64,000 nucleotides of DNA from Candidatus Pacearchaeota archaeon (GTDB lineage Archaea; Nanobdellota; Nanobdellia; Pacearchaeales; JAPDKA01): the NCBI GenBank assembly GCA_038840695.1, contig JAWBVE010000003.1:16784-80783 (forward strand). Direction: 5' to 3'. The notes beneath the pieces are model-generated. The model searched no databases. It was given only the letters and a program-made list of their open reading frames with translations, and had not been told where the DNA came from. The position numbers were made by a program, and so were the translations under genes. Shown here piece by piece: positions 28,616 through 39,021 of this stretch. Within the stretch, counting starts at the first letter, position 1. Every line of letters begins with the position of its first letter.

Positions 28616-30283
28616 ATGACTATCGTGCATTTTTCAAGAGCGGAATTTGAAAAACACATAAAGATTACGAGTGAAATAGAGGAAAAAATGAATTTGTTCG
28701 GAACTCATGTTGAAAGCATAACGCATGATGAAGTTGCGCTTGAGATTTTGCCAAATAGGCCTGATATGTTCTCATTGCAAGGCTTTTTGCGTGCCTTCAA
28801 AGCTTTTCTCGGAAAGGAGACTGGATTAAAAAATTACAATGTTAAAAAGCCCCAGAAAGACTTTGAAGTAAAAGTAGATAGTTCAGTAAGCAATGTTAGG
28901 CCATTCACTGCTTGCGCCATAGTAAAAAACATAAGCTTTAATGATGCAAGGATAAAAGAAATTATTGATGTTCAAGAAAAAATTCATTTTACAATTGGTA
29001 GAAATAGAAAGAAAGTAGCTATTGGCATTTATCCTCTTGAAAAAATTTCATTGCCAATTACTTATGTAGCAAAAAAGCCAGAAGAAATAAGATTTGTGCC
29101 TTTAGGTTTTGATTATGAGATGAGCGGCAAAGAAATCCTAGAAAGGCATCCTACTGGAATTGAATATGGGCATTTGTTAAAAGACAAGGAAATGTTTCCA
29201 GTATTTATAGATGCAAAAGGCGATATCTTAAGCATGCCACCAATCATAAATTCAGAAAAAACAGGCAAAGTTACAGAGGCAACAAGAGATGTGTTTATTG
29301 AATGCTCTGGCTTTGATCTCGAGCTTTTGAAAAAAACTTTGAACATACTTGTAACAATGTTAGCTGATATGGGCGGGACAATTTATCAGATGAAAATTAA
29401 ATATAGCAAAGGCAAAATAGGCAAAAGCAAAGACAAAGTAATAATAACTCCAGATCTCACTCCTGAAAAATTTTTAATAAATGCTGAAGCTGTCAACAAG
29501 CTTCTTGGTTTAAATTTAAGTTTACAGGAAATAAAGAAATGCGCTGAAAGGATGGGACATTTGTGTAAAGTTAAAAATAAAATGCTTGTCGTTTATGTGC
29601 CAGCTTGGAGAACAGATGTTATGCATGAGAATGATTTAATAGAGGACATAGCAATTGCATATGGCTATAACAATTTTAAGCCAGAGCTGCCTATGATAGC
29701 TACCATTGGCAAGGAAAGCAGAACTGAAATAATCAAGAGAAAAATTGCTGAAATGCTTATTGGCCTTAATTTGCTTGAGCTTTCATCATATCATTTAATA
29801 ACTAAAGAAGACTTAAAAAAATGTGGGGAAAAAAATGCTATAGAGGTTGAAAAAAGTAAGACAGAGTATTGCTTGCTAAGGCCAAACTTGCTTTGCAATT
29901 TGCTAAAGATTTTTGGTAAAAATGTTGATGCGGAATATCCGCAAAGAGTTTTTGAGATTGGAAAAGTGTTTAAGCTAAATAAAGAAAATAAGGAAGATGG
30001 CATCCTTGAGAGTGAGCATCTTGCTATCGGGCTTTGCCCAGGAAATTTTACAGAAATAAAACAGATTTTAGATTATATTGGAAGAATGCTTAATTTAAAC
30101 TTTGAGATTGAGTATACTCAAAATAGGCTTTTTATTGATGGCCGCGTCGGAAAAATTATTCTTAATAAAAATGAAATTGGAATCTTGGGCGAAGTCCACC
30201 CGGCAACTTTGAAAGAATGGCATATAAGGCTGCCTCTTGTCCTACTCGAAATCAACCTTGAGCCAATTTTTAGCATATTTTAA
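28616..30283 (+). CDS. pheT: Phenylalanyl-tRNA synthetase beta subunit (archaeal type)
   Basis: NRPDMFS, LSMPPIINS, PAWRTDVMHENDLIEDIAIAYGY. Confidence 0.96.
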   Translation: MTIVHFSRAEFEKHIKITSEIEEKMNLFGTHVESITHDEVALEILPNRPDMFSLQGFLRAFKAFLGKETGLKNYNVKKPQKDFEVKVDSSVSNVRPFTACAIVKNISFNDARIKEIIDVQEKIHFTIGRNRKKVAIGIYPLEKISLPITYVAKKPEEIRFVPLGFDYEMSGKEILERHPTGIEYGHLLKDKEMFPVFIDAKGDILSMPPIINSEKTGKVTEATRDVFIECSGFDLELLKKTLNILVTMLADMGGTIYQMKIKYSKGKIGKSKDKVIITPDLTPEKFLINAEAVNKLLGLNLSLQEIKKCAERMGHLCKVKNKMLVVYVPAWRTDVMHENDLIEDIAIAYGYNNFKPELPMIATIGKESRTEIIKRKIAEMLIGLNLLELSSYHLITKEDLKKCGEKNAIEVEKSKTEYCLLRPNLLCNLLKIFGKNVDAEYPQRVFEIGKVFKLNKENKEDGILESEHLAIGLCPGNFTEIKQILDYIGRMLNLNFEIEYTQNRLFIDGRVGKIILNKNEIGILGEVHPATLKEWHIRLPLVLLEINLEPIFSIF

Positions 30284-30338
30284 AAGCAAAACCTGCAAGC
30301 CAAGCTAAGTTTTTAAAGTTTATTCTTTTAGTGAAAAA

Positions 30339-31499
30339 ATGAAGCGTGTTTATCTTGATTATGCTGCAACTACGCCTCTCAACAAAGAAGTTTTAAAGGC
30401 AATGCAACCTTACTTCGCTAATAAGTTCGGCAATCCAAGCTCACTCCATGACTTTGGCCAAGAAGCAAAGCAAGTTATCGATGGCGCGCGTGATAAAATA
30501 GCTCGCTTATTAAATGCAAACTCCCAAGAAATAATTTTTACAAGTTCTGGAACAGAAGCAGATAATCTAGCAATTAAGGGCTTTGCATTAGCTAATAGGC
30601 AAAAAGGAAAGCATATTTTAATAAGCACTATCGAGCATAAAGCAGTTATAAATCCAGCTAAATGGCTAAGAGAGCAGGGCTTTGATGTCGAGTTTGTTAG
30701 TGTTGATAGTGAAGGCATAGTTAAGCTTGACGAGCTTGAAAGAAAGATTAGAAAGGATACAATACTTGTTAGTGTTATGACTGTGAATAATGAAATAGGT
30801 ACGATTCAGCCAATAGCAGAAATAGCAAAAATTTGTAATGCAAAGGGAGTGTGTTTTCATACTGATGCAGTTCAAGCACTTGGAAAGATGGAGTTAAATG
30901 TTAAAAAGCTAGATATAGGGATGCTAAGTGCAAGTGGGCATAAAATTTATGGCCCAAAAGGAGCAGCTTTCTTGTATAAGCGAGCTGATATCAAGCTAGT
31001 GCCGCTTTTGCATGGCGGAGGCCAAGAAAATGGTCTAAGAAGTTCTACTGAGAATGTGCCAGGGATTATTGGAATTGCTAAGGCACTTGAATTGTGTTTA
31101 AAAAATCTTGATAAAGAAGCAAAGAGGCAAGCCGAGCTTAGAGATAAAATAATTGATGAAGTTCTTGATTATGATTTTATAAAAGTAAGGCTTAATGGCT
31201 CACGAGAAAAGAGAATATTTAACAATGCAAATTTTAGTTTTTATGGTATAGAGGGAGAAGCTCTCGTGCTAATGTTGAATGAAAGAGGAATAGCGACAAG
31301 TACAGGAAGTGCTTGCAGTGAAAAAACATTAGAGCCTAGTCATGTGTTACTTGCTCTCGGCCTAAAGCCGCAAGAAGCTCATGGAAGCTTACGCATTACT
31401 TTAGGAATGCCAACAACTCTGGCAGATGTTAATTATTTTCTTTCTGTCTTGCCTGAAGCAATAAAAAAATTGCAAAAAATAAGTCCTTACAAAAAGTAA
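30339..31499 (+). CDS. iscS: Cysteine desulfurase
   Basis: YLDYAATTP, FHTDAVQ, SGHKIYGPKG, TGSACS. Confidence 0.96.
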   Translation: MKRVYLDYAATTPLNKEVLKAMQPYFANKFGNPSSLHDFGQEAKQVIDGARDKIARLLNANSQEIIFTSSGTEADNLAIKGFALANRQKGKHILISTIEHKAVINPAKWLREQGFDVEFVSVDSEGIVKLDELERKIRKDTILVSVMTVNNEIGTIQPIAEIAKICNAKGVCFHTDAVQALGKMELNVKKLDIGMLSASGHKIYGPKGAAFLYKRADIKLVPLLHGGGQENGLRSSTENVPGIIGIAKALELCLKNLDKEAKRQAELRDKIIDEVLDYDFIKVRLNGSREKRIFNNANFSFYGIEGEALVLMLNERGIATSTGSACSEKTLEPSHVLLALGLKPQEAHGSLRITLGMPTTLADVNYFLSVLPEAIKKLQKISPYKK

Positions 31500-31547
31500 G
31501 AAACAAAAAAGCAAGAAAAAAGTTAAAGTAAATGAAAAAACAAAAAA

Positions 31548-32006
31548 ATGAAAGCAAAACAAAACCAAAAGGGCCTGTATAGTAAAGAAGTTATGCAACA
31601 CTTTTTAAAGCCTAAAAATATGGGCAAAATCAAAAATCCTGATGGAATAGGAAAGGCTGGAAATCCTGTATGTGGAGATGTTATGTATTTATACATCAAA
31701 GTTGGAAAAAGAAAAAAAACTAGGAAAAGTACAGAAAGAACTGAGGAATATATAAAAGATATAAAATTTGAAACTCTTGGTTGTGCTGTTGCGATCGCTG
31801 TAAGCTCGGTGCTTACTGAAATGGTAAAGGGTAAAAGCCTCGAGGATGCTGAAAAAATTTCAGAGAAAGAGATTGTGAAAAGACTTGGTGGAATACCAAA
31901 ACAAAAATTTCATTGCTCGTTACTAGGAAAACAAGCTTTGCTAAATGCAATAAAAGATTATAAAAAGCGAGCTATAAAGCACAATCAGCACAACTTAAAT
32001 TTCTGA
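31548..32006 (+). CDS. iscU: Fe-S cluster scaffold IscU/NifU
   Basis: GNPVCGD, FETLGCAVA, KFHCS. Confidence 0.95.
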   Translation: MKAKQNQKGLYSKEVMQHFLKPKNMGKIKNPDGIGKAGNPVCGDVMYLYIKVGKRKKTRKSTERTEEYIKDIKFETLGCAVAIAVSSVLTEMVKGKSLEDAEKISEKEIVKRLGGIPKQKFHCSLLGKQALLNAIKDYKKRAIKHNQHNLNF

Positions 32007-32046
32007 ATGCTTCGACAACTTCGACGAAAGTTATTTTTCTTTCTTT

Positions 32047-32859
32047 CTAAAACCTTTCTTCAGCAATTTTTTGCAGTTCTCGACAATAATCAATATTTTC
32101 CTTCCCCAAAACTTTCAATAGCGCATCAATGGGCTCAACTGCATATAAGTCTCTAGCATTTTTTATTAAATGTTCAATTATTTCATCATTGCTATATATT
32201 TTTTGATAACCACCCCTATTATGCATGGCATCATAAGTATCTGCTGGTTGAATTATTTCATATGGCGATATTTGATGAGATATAGGATTGATTACAAAAG
32301 GATAGCAAAGTTCATGCTCGATATTTGGCCTTTGATGATGGAAAGTCATAATGTTCCTCAAAATTTCATTCTTTTTTTCTTCTTCGATGCTCCTGTAACG
32401 ACTTTGATTATTATCATCTCTCAAGTACATTAGTAAATCATTAATGATGACATGTTCAGCCTTTTCGCAGCCATTTAATTTTATTTTGTTGTTATAAGCA
32501 TTGGTAAAGAGCTTCCCTAAATCATGAATGAGTGCCCCTTCATAAATCGCTTTGCCCTCTGATTCATTAATGTCAATAATTTTTACCATTTCTTTAACTA
32601 ATTCAGCAACATTTTTGCAATGCTTATAGAGTTTTTCATCGTGGTCCTTTATAATCCCAGGCATATCTTCAACTTCAGCATTCAGTATTTTAAGCAAAAG
32701 ATCATAGTTTGCATCTAAATCTTTGATGATATTGGCATGTAATTTTGTGCATTGGTAATGTGCCTTATAAGCCACACTAGCTTCTTTCAATCTTTTTGCA
32801 GCACTGCACAATATTTCTAATTTTTTCGCAATTGGCTTTTTTATTTTTTTATTTTTCAT
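32047..32859 (-). CDS. HD-domain phosphohydrolase, HD-GYP-like
   Basis: HCKNV, LIHDLGK, FHHQRP...CYP, ADTYDAM..R..Y. Confidence 0.75.
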   Translation of the reverse strand: MKNKKIKKPIAKKLEILCSAAKRLKEASVAYKAHYQCTKLHANIIKDLDANYDLLLKILNAEVEDMPGIIKDHDEKLYKHCKNVAELVKEMVKIIDINESEGKAIYEGALIHDLGKLFTNAYNNKIKLNGCEKAEHVIINDLLMYLRDDNNQSRYRSIEEEKKNEILRNIMTFHHQRPNIEHELCYPFVINPISHQISPYEIIQPADTYDAMHNRGGYQKIYSNDEIIEHLIKNARDLYAVEPIDALLKVLGKENIDYCRELQKIAEERF

Positions 32860-33180
32860 TTTGATTATTCTGATTTGTTACTATTTAGTTATAATATAAT
32901 AGAATTTTTGAGTTTATAAATGTTACTATCAATTAATAATAAAAATAAAAAGAAGCAACGAAAGCTTTATTTTTACTTATAATTGATTACAAAAGCTTTT
33001 AAAACATTTTTCTCATCAAATTTTATGGAAGAAAGGCCAAGTAAGGGCTTAAGTATGAAATTCAACTATAGTGGTAGTTCTAATGATAGTTCTAACTATG
33101 TATTATGCTATGTATTATGCCTAAACCCATGCCTATCTACTTGGCCTATATACACAGTTAAATTTATTGCTGCCCACTAA

Positions 33181-33206
33181 ACCCCTAATTAAAAAATATT
33201 AGGGGT
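33181..33206. promoter_or_regulatory. 9-bp inverted repeat upstream of Zn-finger gene
   Basis: ACCCCTAAT-N8-ATTAGGGGT ending 15 nt before ATG 33222. Confidence 0.45.
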
Positions 33207-33221
33207 AGGGCATTTCTAAAA

Positions 33222-33641
33222 ATGGCGCTAAATATAAAAGAACCAGAGAATAGACATGAAGAATATGAGAGAATACAAGGCTATGATGAGCTTTGCTTAG
33301 AGTGCAAAGAAGCAATTTTTACTCCAATCTGCCCAGAGTGCTTAGCTAAAGCAATTGAAGTTTGGATGAGTGAATGTCTAAAAGGCAAAAAATATGAAAA
33401 ACTCCGGCGAGAAATTAGAGATGAAATTAAAGCGTTATTAAAATTGAAATTTCCCTCGACGAAATGTATTAAATGTAAGGGCAATGTTTTTATGTGCCCT
33501 TATTGCTTTACAGAAAGAGTATATAAAGTCATCAAGAAAAGTAAATTAAGTAAAGCTGAAAAAACTTTGATCATAGAAAACTTTTTAACATTTTTTAATT
33601 TTGATTTTGATCACACAGGTTATAGCAAAGAGATTTTATGA
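33222..33641 (+). CDS. Cys-rich putative double zinc-finger protein
   Basis: Four CxxC motifs (CLEC, CPEC, CIKC, CPYC). Confidence 0.7.
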   Translation: MALNIKEPENRHEEYERIQGYDELCLECKEAIFTPICPECLAKAIEVWMSECLKGKKYEKLRREIRDEIKALLKLKFPSTKCIKCKGNVFMCPYCFTERVYKVIKKSKLSKAEKTLIIENFLTFFNFDFDHTGYSKEIL

Positions 33642-33671
33642 GCAATAGCTTAATAAGCAATAAGCTTTGAA

Positions 33672-34097
33672 ATGAAGAGAAAAATAAAAATTATTTACGA
33701 AGAAGCAAGTGATATAAAAGAGAAAATTTTAGAAATTATCAATGTGTTAAATTTAAAACATATTCAACTCGATGCTCTTGCATGTATTCGCTCAAAAAAT
33801 GCAAGAACAAGCGCTATCGCAAGATGCTATAGTTTAAGCAAGCCATTGCAGATTGCTTTTAAACTTTCGCCGAGATATGTTATAGAAGTAGTAAGTGAAA
33901 AGTTTGATAAATTGAGCGAGGAGGAAAAAACAAAAGTTTTGATTCATGAGTTGTTGCATATACCAAAAAACTTTGGTGGCGGTTTTAGGCACCACAACTT
34001 TGTTAATTCCAAATCCGTCGAGCAATTTTACAAAAAGTATAAACAAAGTATAAACTTGTACTCGGAAATTGAAAAAACGGCTAAGGATGAAAACTAA
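33672..34097 (+). CDS. Putative zinc metallopeptidase
   Basis: LIHELLHIP (HExxH), FGGGFRHH. Confidence 0.8.
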   Translation: MKRKIKIIYEEASDIKEKILEIINVLNLKHIQLDALACIRSKNARTSAIARCYSLSKPLQIAFKLSPRYVIEVVSEKFDKLSEEEKTKVLIHELLHIPKNFGGGFRHHNFVNSKSVEQFYKKYKQSINLYSEIEKTAKDEN

Positions 34098-34332
34098 AGG
34101 TGAGGCTAGAAGGGAAGAGAGGAAAAAAGAGAGGCTAGGTCAAACAGCTCAATAACCTGAAGCTAGGGCATAACAAGATTCATGCAGAATTCATTATTCA
34201 TACGAGACCATTAGCTTGACGATTAGCTTTTCTGCCACTGCTGTGCTGTGCCATTGCTGCTTTCCGCGAGAGAAAGATATTTAAACCCTCGAAACTAAAA
34301 ATATAAAATAAATTTAAAATAAAAGAGGAAAA

Positions 34333-34578
34333 ATGGGACAAGTTATATTGAAAAACGCAGTTCAAAGAAAACCTGGTTTTCTTTACTATGTCGATGCTAA
34401 GGGAAATGTAATGGAAGTGCCAATGGCGAGAGGTAAGAAGAAAGGCAAAGGCGGCAAGCGAGTTGTTGTAAAAAATGCAGTAAAAAGAAAGGAGGGTTAT
34501 CTTTACTATGTCGATGCTAAGGGAAATGTATGCGAGGCAAAGATGGCTAAGGGAGGTCGAAAGAAAAAGAAAAAGTAA
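34333..34578 (+). CDS. Small basic protein of two ~40-aa repeats (candidate nucleoid-associated protein)
   Basis: KNAVxRKxGxLYYVDAKGNV twice; 31-bp identical DNA at 34380-34410 and 34500-34530; Lys tail. Confidence 0.7.
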   Translation: MGQVILKNAVQRKPGFLYYVDAKGNVMEVPMARGKKKGKGGKRVVVKNAVKRKEGYLYYVDAKGNVCEAKMAKGGRKKKKK

Positions 34579-34620
34579 TTTTTACTTTTCCTTTTTTTAT
34601 TTTTTGTTTTTAATTTTTTA
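34579..34620 (+). terminator. Oligo(T) archaeal-type terminator
   Basis: Several T5-T7 runs directly after the stop codon. Confidence 0.5.
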
Positions 34621-34726
34621 TTGAAAATTAGGTTGTCACGTTGTCACTTAACACTATCATCACTTGCAAGAAAAATTGTTAAAAGTTGCAAAAATAAAAA
34701 TAAAAAGCTGCAAAATATGAGTTTTT

Positions 34727-35749
34727 ATGATACTTGCTATTGAGAGTACTGCACACACATTTGGAATAGCTGTGATTAATGAAGCTAGGAGAGGCTATAA
34801 GGCTATACTCTCAAATGTTTCACATAGTTTTACTTCAGAAAAAGGAGGCATTATACCTATGGAGGCTGCAAAGCATCATGAAGCATGGAAAGGGCATCTG
34901 TTTAAGAAAGCACTTGATGGAGCTGGCATCGAAGAAAAAGATATAAATTATATTGCATTCTCGCAAGGGCCAGGCTTGAGCCCTTGCTTAATTATCGGCA
35001 AAAATTTTGCGAAGGAACTGGCTTTGAAGCTTAAGTTGCCAATCATTCCTGTAAATCATTGCATAGCACATCTCGAAGTTGTGAGAGCTGTAACAAAGGC
35101 AAAAGATCCAGTGCTGCTTTATACGAGTGGTGCTAATACACAAGTTATAGCTTATGCAGCTTCTCGCTATCGAGTTTTCGGTGAGACTCTTGATATTGGC
35201 GTTGGCAATTTTCTTGATAGCTTCGCAAGATATGTCGGTATAGGTTTTCCAGGAGGACCAAAAATTGCACAACTTGCACAACTCGTGCAAAGAGAAAAAC
35301 AAAAAAAACTAGTTAAGCTTCCTTACACAGTTAAAGGTATGGATGTTGCATTTTCAGGAATGCTAACAAACTTAAAGCAAAAATTCGATTCTGGTAAGTA
35401 TACAATAGAGGAGCTCTGCTATAGCTTGCAAGAGCATGCTTTTGCAATGTTAATAGAAGTTGCAGAACGAGCTATGGCACATCTTAACAAGAATGAATTA
35501 GCGCTTGGTGGTGGCGTGGCTTGTAATAAAAGACTGCAAGAGATGGCAAGAAAGATGGTGGAAGCAAGAAAAGCTAAGCTCTATGTGCCAATAGATGCAC
35601 TTTTAGTTGATAATGCCGCAATGATAGGCTTAACAGCTTCACAAATGTTAAAAGCAAAACGCTTTGTTTTTAATGAAGATACTGCCAAAAGAATAGAAAT
35701 AAAGCCTTATCAAAGAACTGATGATGTGGAAGTTTTTTGGCGTGAATAA
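34727..35749 (+). CDS. kae1: tRNA t6A synthase Kae1/TsaD
   Basis: LAIESTAHTFG, PVNHCIAHLE, SGANTQ, ETLDIGVGN, GGVACN, DNAAMIG. Confidence 0.96.
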   Translation: MILAIESTAHTFGIAVINEARRGYKAILSNVSHSFTSEKGGIIPMEAAKHHEAWKGHLFKKALDGAGIEEKDINYIAFSQGPGLSPCLIIGKNFAKELALKLKLPIIPVNHCIAHLEVVRAVTKAKDPVLLYTSGANTQVIAYAASRYRVFGETLDIGVGNFLDSFARYVGIGFPGGPKIAQLAQLVQREKQKKLVKLPYTVKGMDVAFSGMLTNLKQKFDSGKYTIEELCYSLQEHAFAMLIEVAERAMAHLNKNELALGGGVACNKRLQEMARKMVEARKAKLYVPIDALLVDNAAMIGLTASQMLKAKRFVFNEDTAKRIEIKPYQRTDDVEVFWRE

Positions 35750-35804
35750 AGTTATAAAGTTAACTATTAAAGCTATAGAAGTAAAGCTGAAGCTACGAGT
35801 TAAG

Positions 35805-36977
35805 CTAATGAGTTAAAATTTTTATAATATCATTATGTTTTAATATATAATCTTTTCCAAGCTTCTTATGCGTTCTCACGTCGATAGCGGCAACGAAAGC
35901 TTTTCCTATTTCCTGATGTATCTTATATGCTAAATCAAGCGCAGTGCTTCCAGGCGGCATTAAAAAAGCATCTGGCAAAACATTGCCACTTTTATCACTT
36001 AACTTCGTCTCATTCTCGACAGGATAAACAACATTATATTTTAAAAGCTCGAAGATAGCATAATCAATTGCATCTTGAACTCCAGTACTTTTGTACTTTC
36101 TTAGAAAAGCTGTGATTGCTTCTAATTTGACTTTATCACTTGCATCTGCTCTTTTTATTTCAAATTCAGAATTTCCAGGAATATAATTTATTTTTTCTTG
36201 CTTCGTTAGCTCTTTTAGCGCAAGTTCTGCTATTGCTGAAGCCTCAAAAACTTTTCCACTTGTGGCTGATTTAATCGCATCAAGATTTTTTTCACTGCTT
36301 GGCATATCAACTCGATTAGCTACAACAACAATAGGCTTGCTTATTTGTCTAAGTTTCTTCACAAATTTTTCAAGCTCTTCAGAACTCCATGTTGAGAAAT
36401 TTTCGTCAAGATTTAACTGCAGTATACTTTGCTTTATCTGTTCTTCGTTTATGCCTAAACCTACAAAGCGCTCTGCAAGCATAGCTATCGGCTTTGTTGC
36501 ATGAACAGCTTTTTTCTTTAAATTTTCCCAATCTTTTGTTATTAAGTTATAAAACCAAGCTTCTATCTCTTCTTCTAGCCACTTAACATCATTAGCAGGA
36601 TTGTAGCCTGTTGTTGGCCTACCTTCTTCATCAACGCTGCCGCTCGCATCAACAATATGCAACAACACATTTGCCTGTCTCAAATCGTCGAGAAATTTAT
36701 TACCAAGTCCTCTCCCTAAATGTGCTTTTGGCACGAGCCCAGCCACATCCATAACTTTGACTGGCAAAAAACGCCATCCATCAATGCAATAGCCATAATT
36801 AGGTTTGCACTTAACACCAAACTCCTTTTCGACACATTTAACTTTAACATAAGCTATTCCCTCGTTTGGCTTTATTGTTGTAAAGGGATAATTTGCAATT
36901 TCAACCTCACTCAATGTTAGTGCCTTAAAAAAAGTACTTTTTCCTACATTTGGCTTCCCCACAATACCAATTAGCAT
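35805..36977 (-). CDS. ychF: Obg-family YchF/Ola1-like ATPase with TGS domain
   Basis: GKPNVGKST, NYPFTTIKPN, DVAGL, LGNKFLDDLR, TGS at C-terminus. Confidence 0.92.
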   Translation of the reverse strand: MLIGIVGKPNVGKSTFFKALTLSEVEIANYPFTTIKPNEGIAYVKVKCVEKEFGVKCKPNYGYCIDGWRFLPVKVMDVAGLVPKAHLGRGLGNKFLDDLRQANVLLHIVDASGSVDEEGRPTTGYNPANDVKWLEEEIEAWFYNLITKDWENLKKKAVHATKPIAMLAERFVGLGINEEQIKQSILQLNLDENFSTWSSEELEKFVKKLRQISKPIVVVANRVDMPSSEKNLDAIKSATSGKVFEASAIAELALKELTKQEKINYIPGNSEFEIKRADASDKVKLEAITAFLRKYKSTGVQDAIDYAIFELLKYNVVYPVENETKLSDKSGNVLPDAFLMPPGSTALDLAYKIHQEIGKAFVAAIDVRTHKKLGKDYILKHNDIIKILTH

Positions 36978-37089
36978 AAAAAACTAAGTAAGATGTTTTT
37001 TAATCTTTTTCTTATTCCAAGCTTTTTACTTTCACAAAGTTTTATAAATTAAATAAATTATTTTCTTGTAAAAGCGCAAAAAGGCAAAA

Positions 37090-38571
37090 ATGGCAAAGAA
37101 AAAATTTTACATCACAACAGCGATAGACTATGTAAATGCAGAGCCTCATTTGGGACATGCCTATGAAAAAATTTTAACTGATGCTATTGCAAGGTGGAAG
37201 AGGCTCAATGGCTTTGATGTTTTCTTTCTTACTGGAACCGATGAAAATGCATCTAAAGTTGCGAGAGCAGCGAGGGAGGCTGGAGCAAAGAGCATTGAGC
37301 AAATTAAGGCTTTTGTTGATGGCAATGCAAAAAAATTTTTACAACTTGCAAAAGTACTTAATATAAGCTATGATGATTTTATTCGAACTACAGAAGAAAG
37401 GCATATAAAAGTTGCTAAAAAACTTTTTGAAATTATATACAGTAAGGGCTTAATTTATAAAACAAGTTACAAAGGTCTTTATTGTGTAGCTTGTGAGGCA
37501 TTCTATAAAGAGAGTGAAGCGATTGATGGCAAATGCCCAGTACATAAAAAGCCACTAGAGATGCTTGAGGAAGAGAATTATTTTTTCAAGCTTTCTAAAT
37601 TTAAAGATAAGCTATTAAAGCTAGTCCCAAGACTTGTGAAGCCGAGTAAATATGCAAATGAAATTTTAGCAAGACTTAAGCAAGAAGAGCTCAAAGATTT
37701 GTCGGTAAGTAGAGCTAATCTCGAATGGGGAATAAAAGTTCCCTTTGACCCTAGTCAAACAATTTATGTTTGGATAGATGCACTTAGCAATTATATAAGT
37801 GCACTTGGATGGCCTGACAGCGAGAAATTCAAGAAGTATTGGCCTGCTGATATGCATGTAATTGGTAAGGATATAAATTGGTTTCATTCTGTCATCTGGC
37901 CAGCCCTGCTTCTTGCTGCAGGAATAAAGCCTCCAAAGCAAATTTTTGTTCATGGCTTTATTACTTATGGCGGCGAAAAACTTTCGAAAACAGCAGGAAT
38001 TACATATGATCCAATAAAGCTAGCAAATATTTATGGCACTGATGCACTGCGTTATTTTTTACTTCGAGAAGCTGCAATTGGTGATGACTTTGAATTTAGC
38101 GAAGAAAAAATAAAGGAAAGACTAAATAGTGAGCTTGCAGATAAGCTAGGAAATCTTGTCACAAGGATTATAGGCCTAGCCAATAAAATTAACGGAAAAA
38201 TAAAAAAATCGCGAATAGAGAAAGAAATAAAAGAAAAAGTTAAAACTAATATAAAAGAAATCAAGCAGGATTTTAATGAATATAAATTTAATCAAGGGAT
38301 TAAGAAAATTTTTGATTTGATTGAGCTTTGCAATAAATATATTCAAGATAATGAATTATGGAAACTGCAAGGAAAACAACTTAATGATAGCCTTTATGGA
38401 ATTACAGAGTGCTTAAGACTTGCGACGATTCTTTTATGGCCAATAATGCCTCAAGCAGCAGAAAAAATCGCAGCACTTTACAAATTTGATATCAGTATAA
38501 AAAATTTGAAACTTGGCATAATGAAAGAATATGAACTAAAAGAAAAAGAGCCCATTTTTAAAAAAATTTAA
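37090..38571 (+). CDS. metG: Methionyl-tRNA synthetase, short form without C-terminal domain
   Basis: HLGH, TGTDE, YVWIDAL, GKDI, KLSKT; single Zn knuckle. Confidence 0.96.
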   Translation: MAKKKFYITTAIDYVNAEPHLGHAYEKILTDAIARWKRLNGFDVFFLTGTDENASKVARAAREAGAKSIEQIKAFVDGNAKKFLQLAKVLNISYDDFIRTTEERHIKVAKKLFEIIYSKGLIYKTSYKGLYCVACEAFYKESEAIDGKCPVHKKPLEMLEEENYFFKLSKFKDKLLKLVPRLVKPSKYANEILARLKQEELKDLSVSRANLEWGIKVPFDPSQTIYVWIDALSNYISALGWPDSEKFKKYWPADMHVIGKDINWFHSVIWPALLLAAGIKPPKQIFVHGFITYGGEKLSKTAGITYDPIKLANIYGTDALRYFLLREAAIGDDFEFSEEKIKERLNSELADKLGNLVTRIIGLANKINGKIKKSRIEKEIKEKVKTNIKEIKQDFNEYKFNQGIKKIFDLIELCNKYIQDNELWKLQGKQLNDSLYGITECLRLATILLWPIMPQAAEKIAALYKFDISIKNLKLGIMKEYELKEKEPIFKKI

Positions 38572-39021
38572 ATGATAAGCAGAGGGGTCCATCAACAAAT
38601 ACAAAAGAAAATCGCGGAAATAACTAAAGAAATAAAGGATGTTCCTAAAGTGTATTCAGATATAATTGAATTACTTGGTAAAGAAAAACTACATCTTTTG
38701 CAAGTAATTTATAAAAGAGAAGCAGGATTAAAACTTCGCGTAAAAAGAGAAGGAAGTAACATAGAAGAGTATTATCAAATTAAAATTAATCCAAACTTAC
38801 TAAAAGAAGCGAAAGAATTAATTCTTTTATTGACCCGCACGAATAAAGTGTTAGCCCACTCAGGCTTTACTACATACATGCCAGAAATTCACATAAGCGA
38901 GGAGGAATCTACAAAGCACCACCAGGATAAATCAATAAAAGAGATGGAAGAGACATATGAGAAATACCGCGATAAAATAAAGCTCCCGAAAGAAAATATG
39001 TATGCTAAACTGTTAACTTAA
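38572..39021 (+). CDS. Hypothetical protein
   Basis: 149-aa ORF abutting the metG stop. Confidence 0.6.
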   Translation: MISRGVHQQIQKKIAEITKEIKDVPKVYSDIIELLGKEKLHLLQVIYKREAGLKLRVKREGSNIEEYYQIKINPNLLKEAKELILLLTRTNKVLAHSGFTTYMPEIHISEEESTKHHQDKSIKEMEETYEKYRDKIKLPKENMYAKLLT

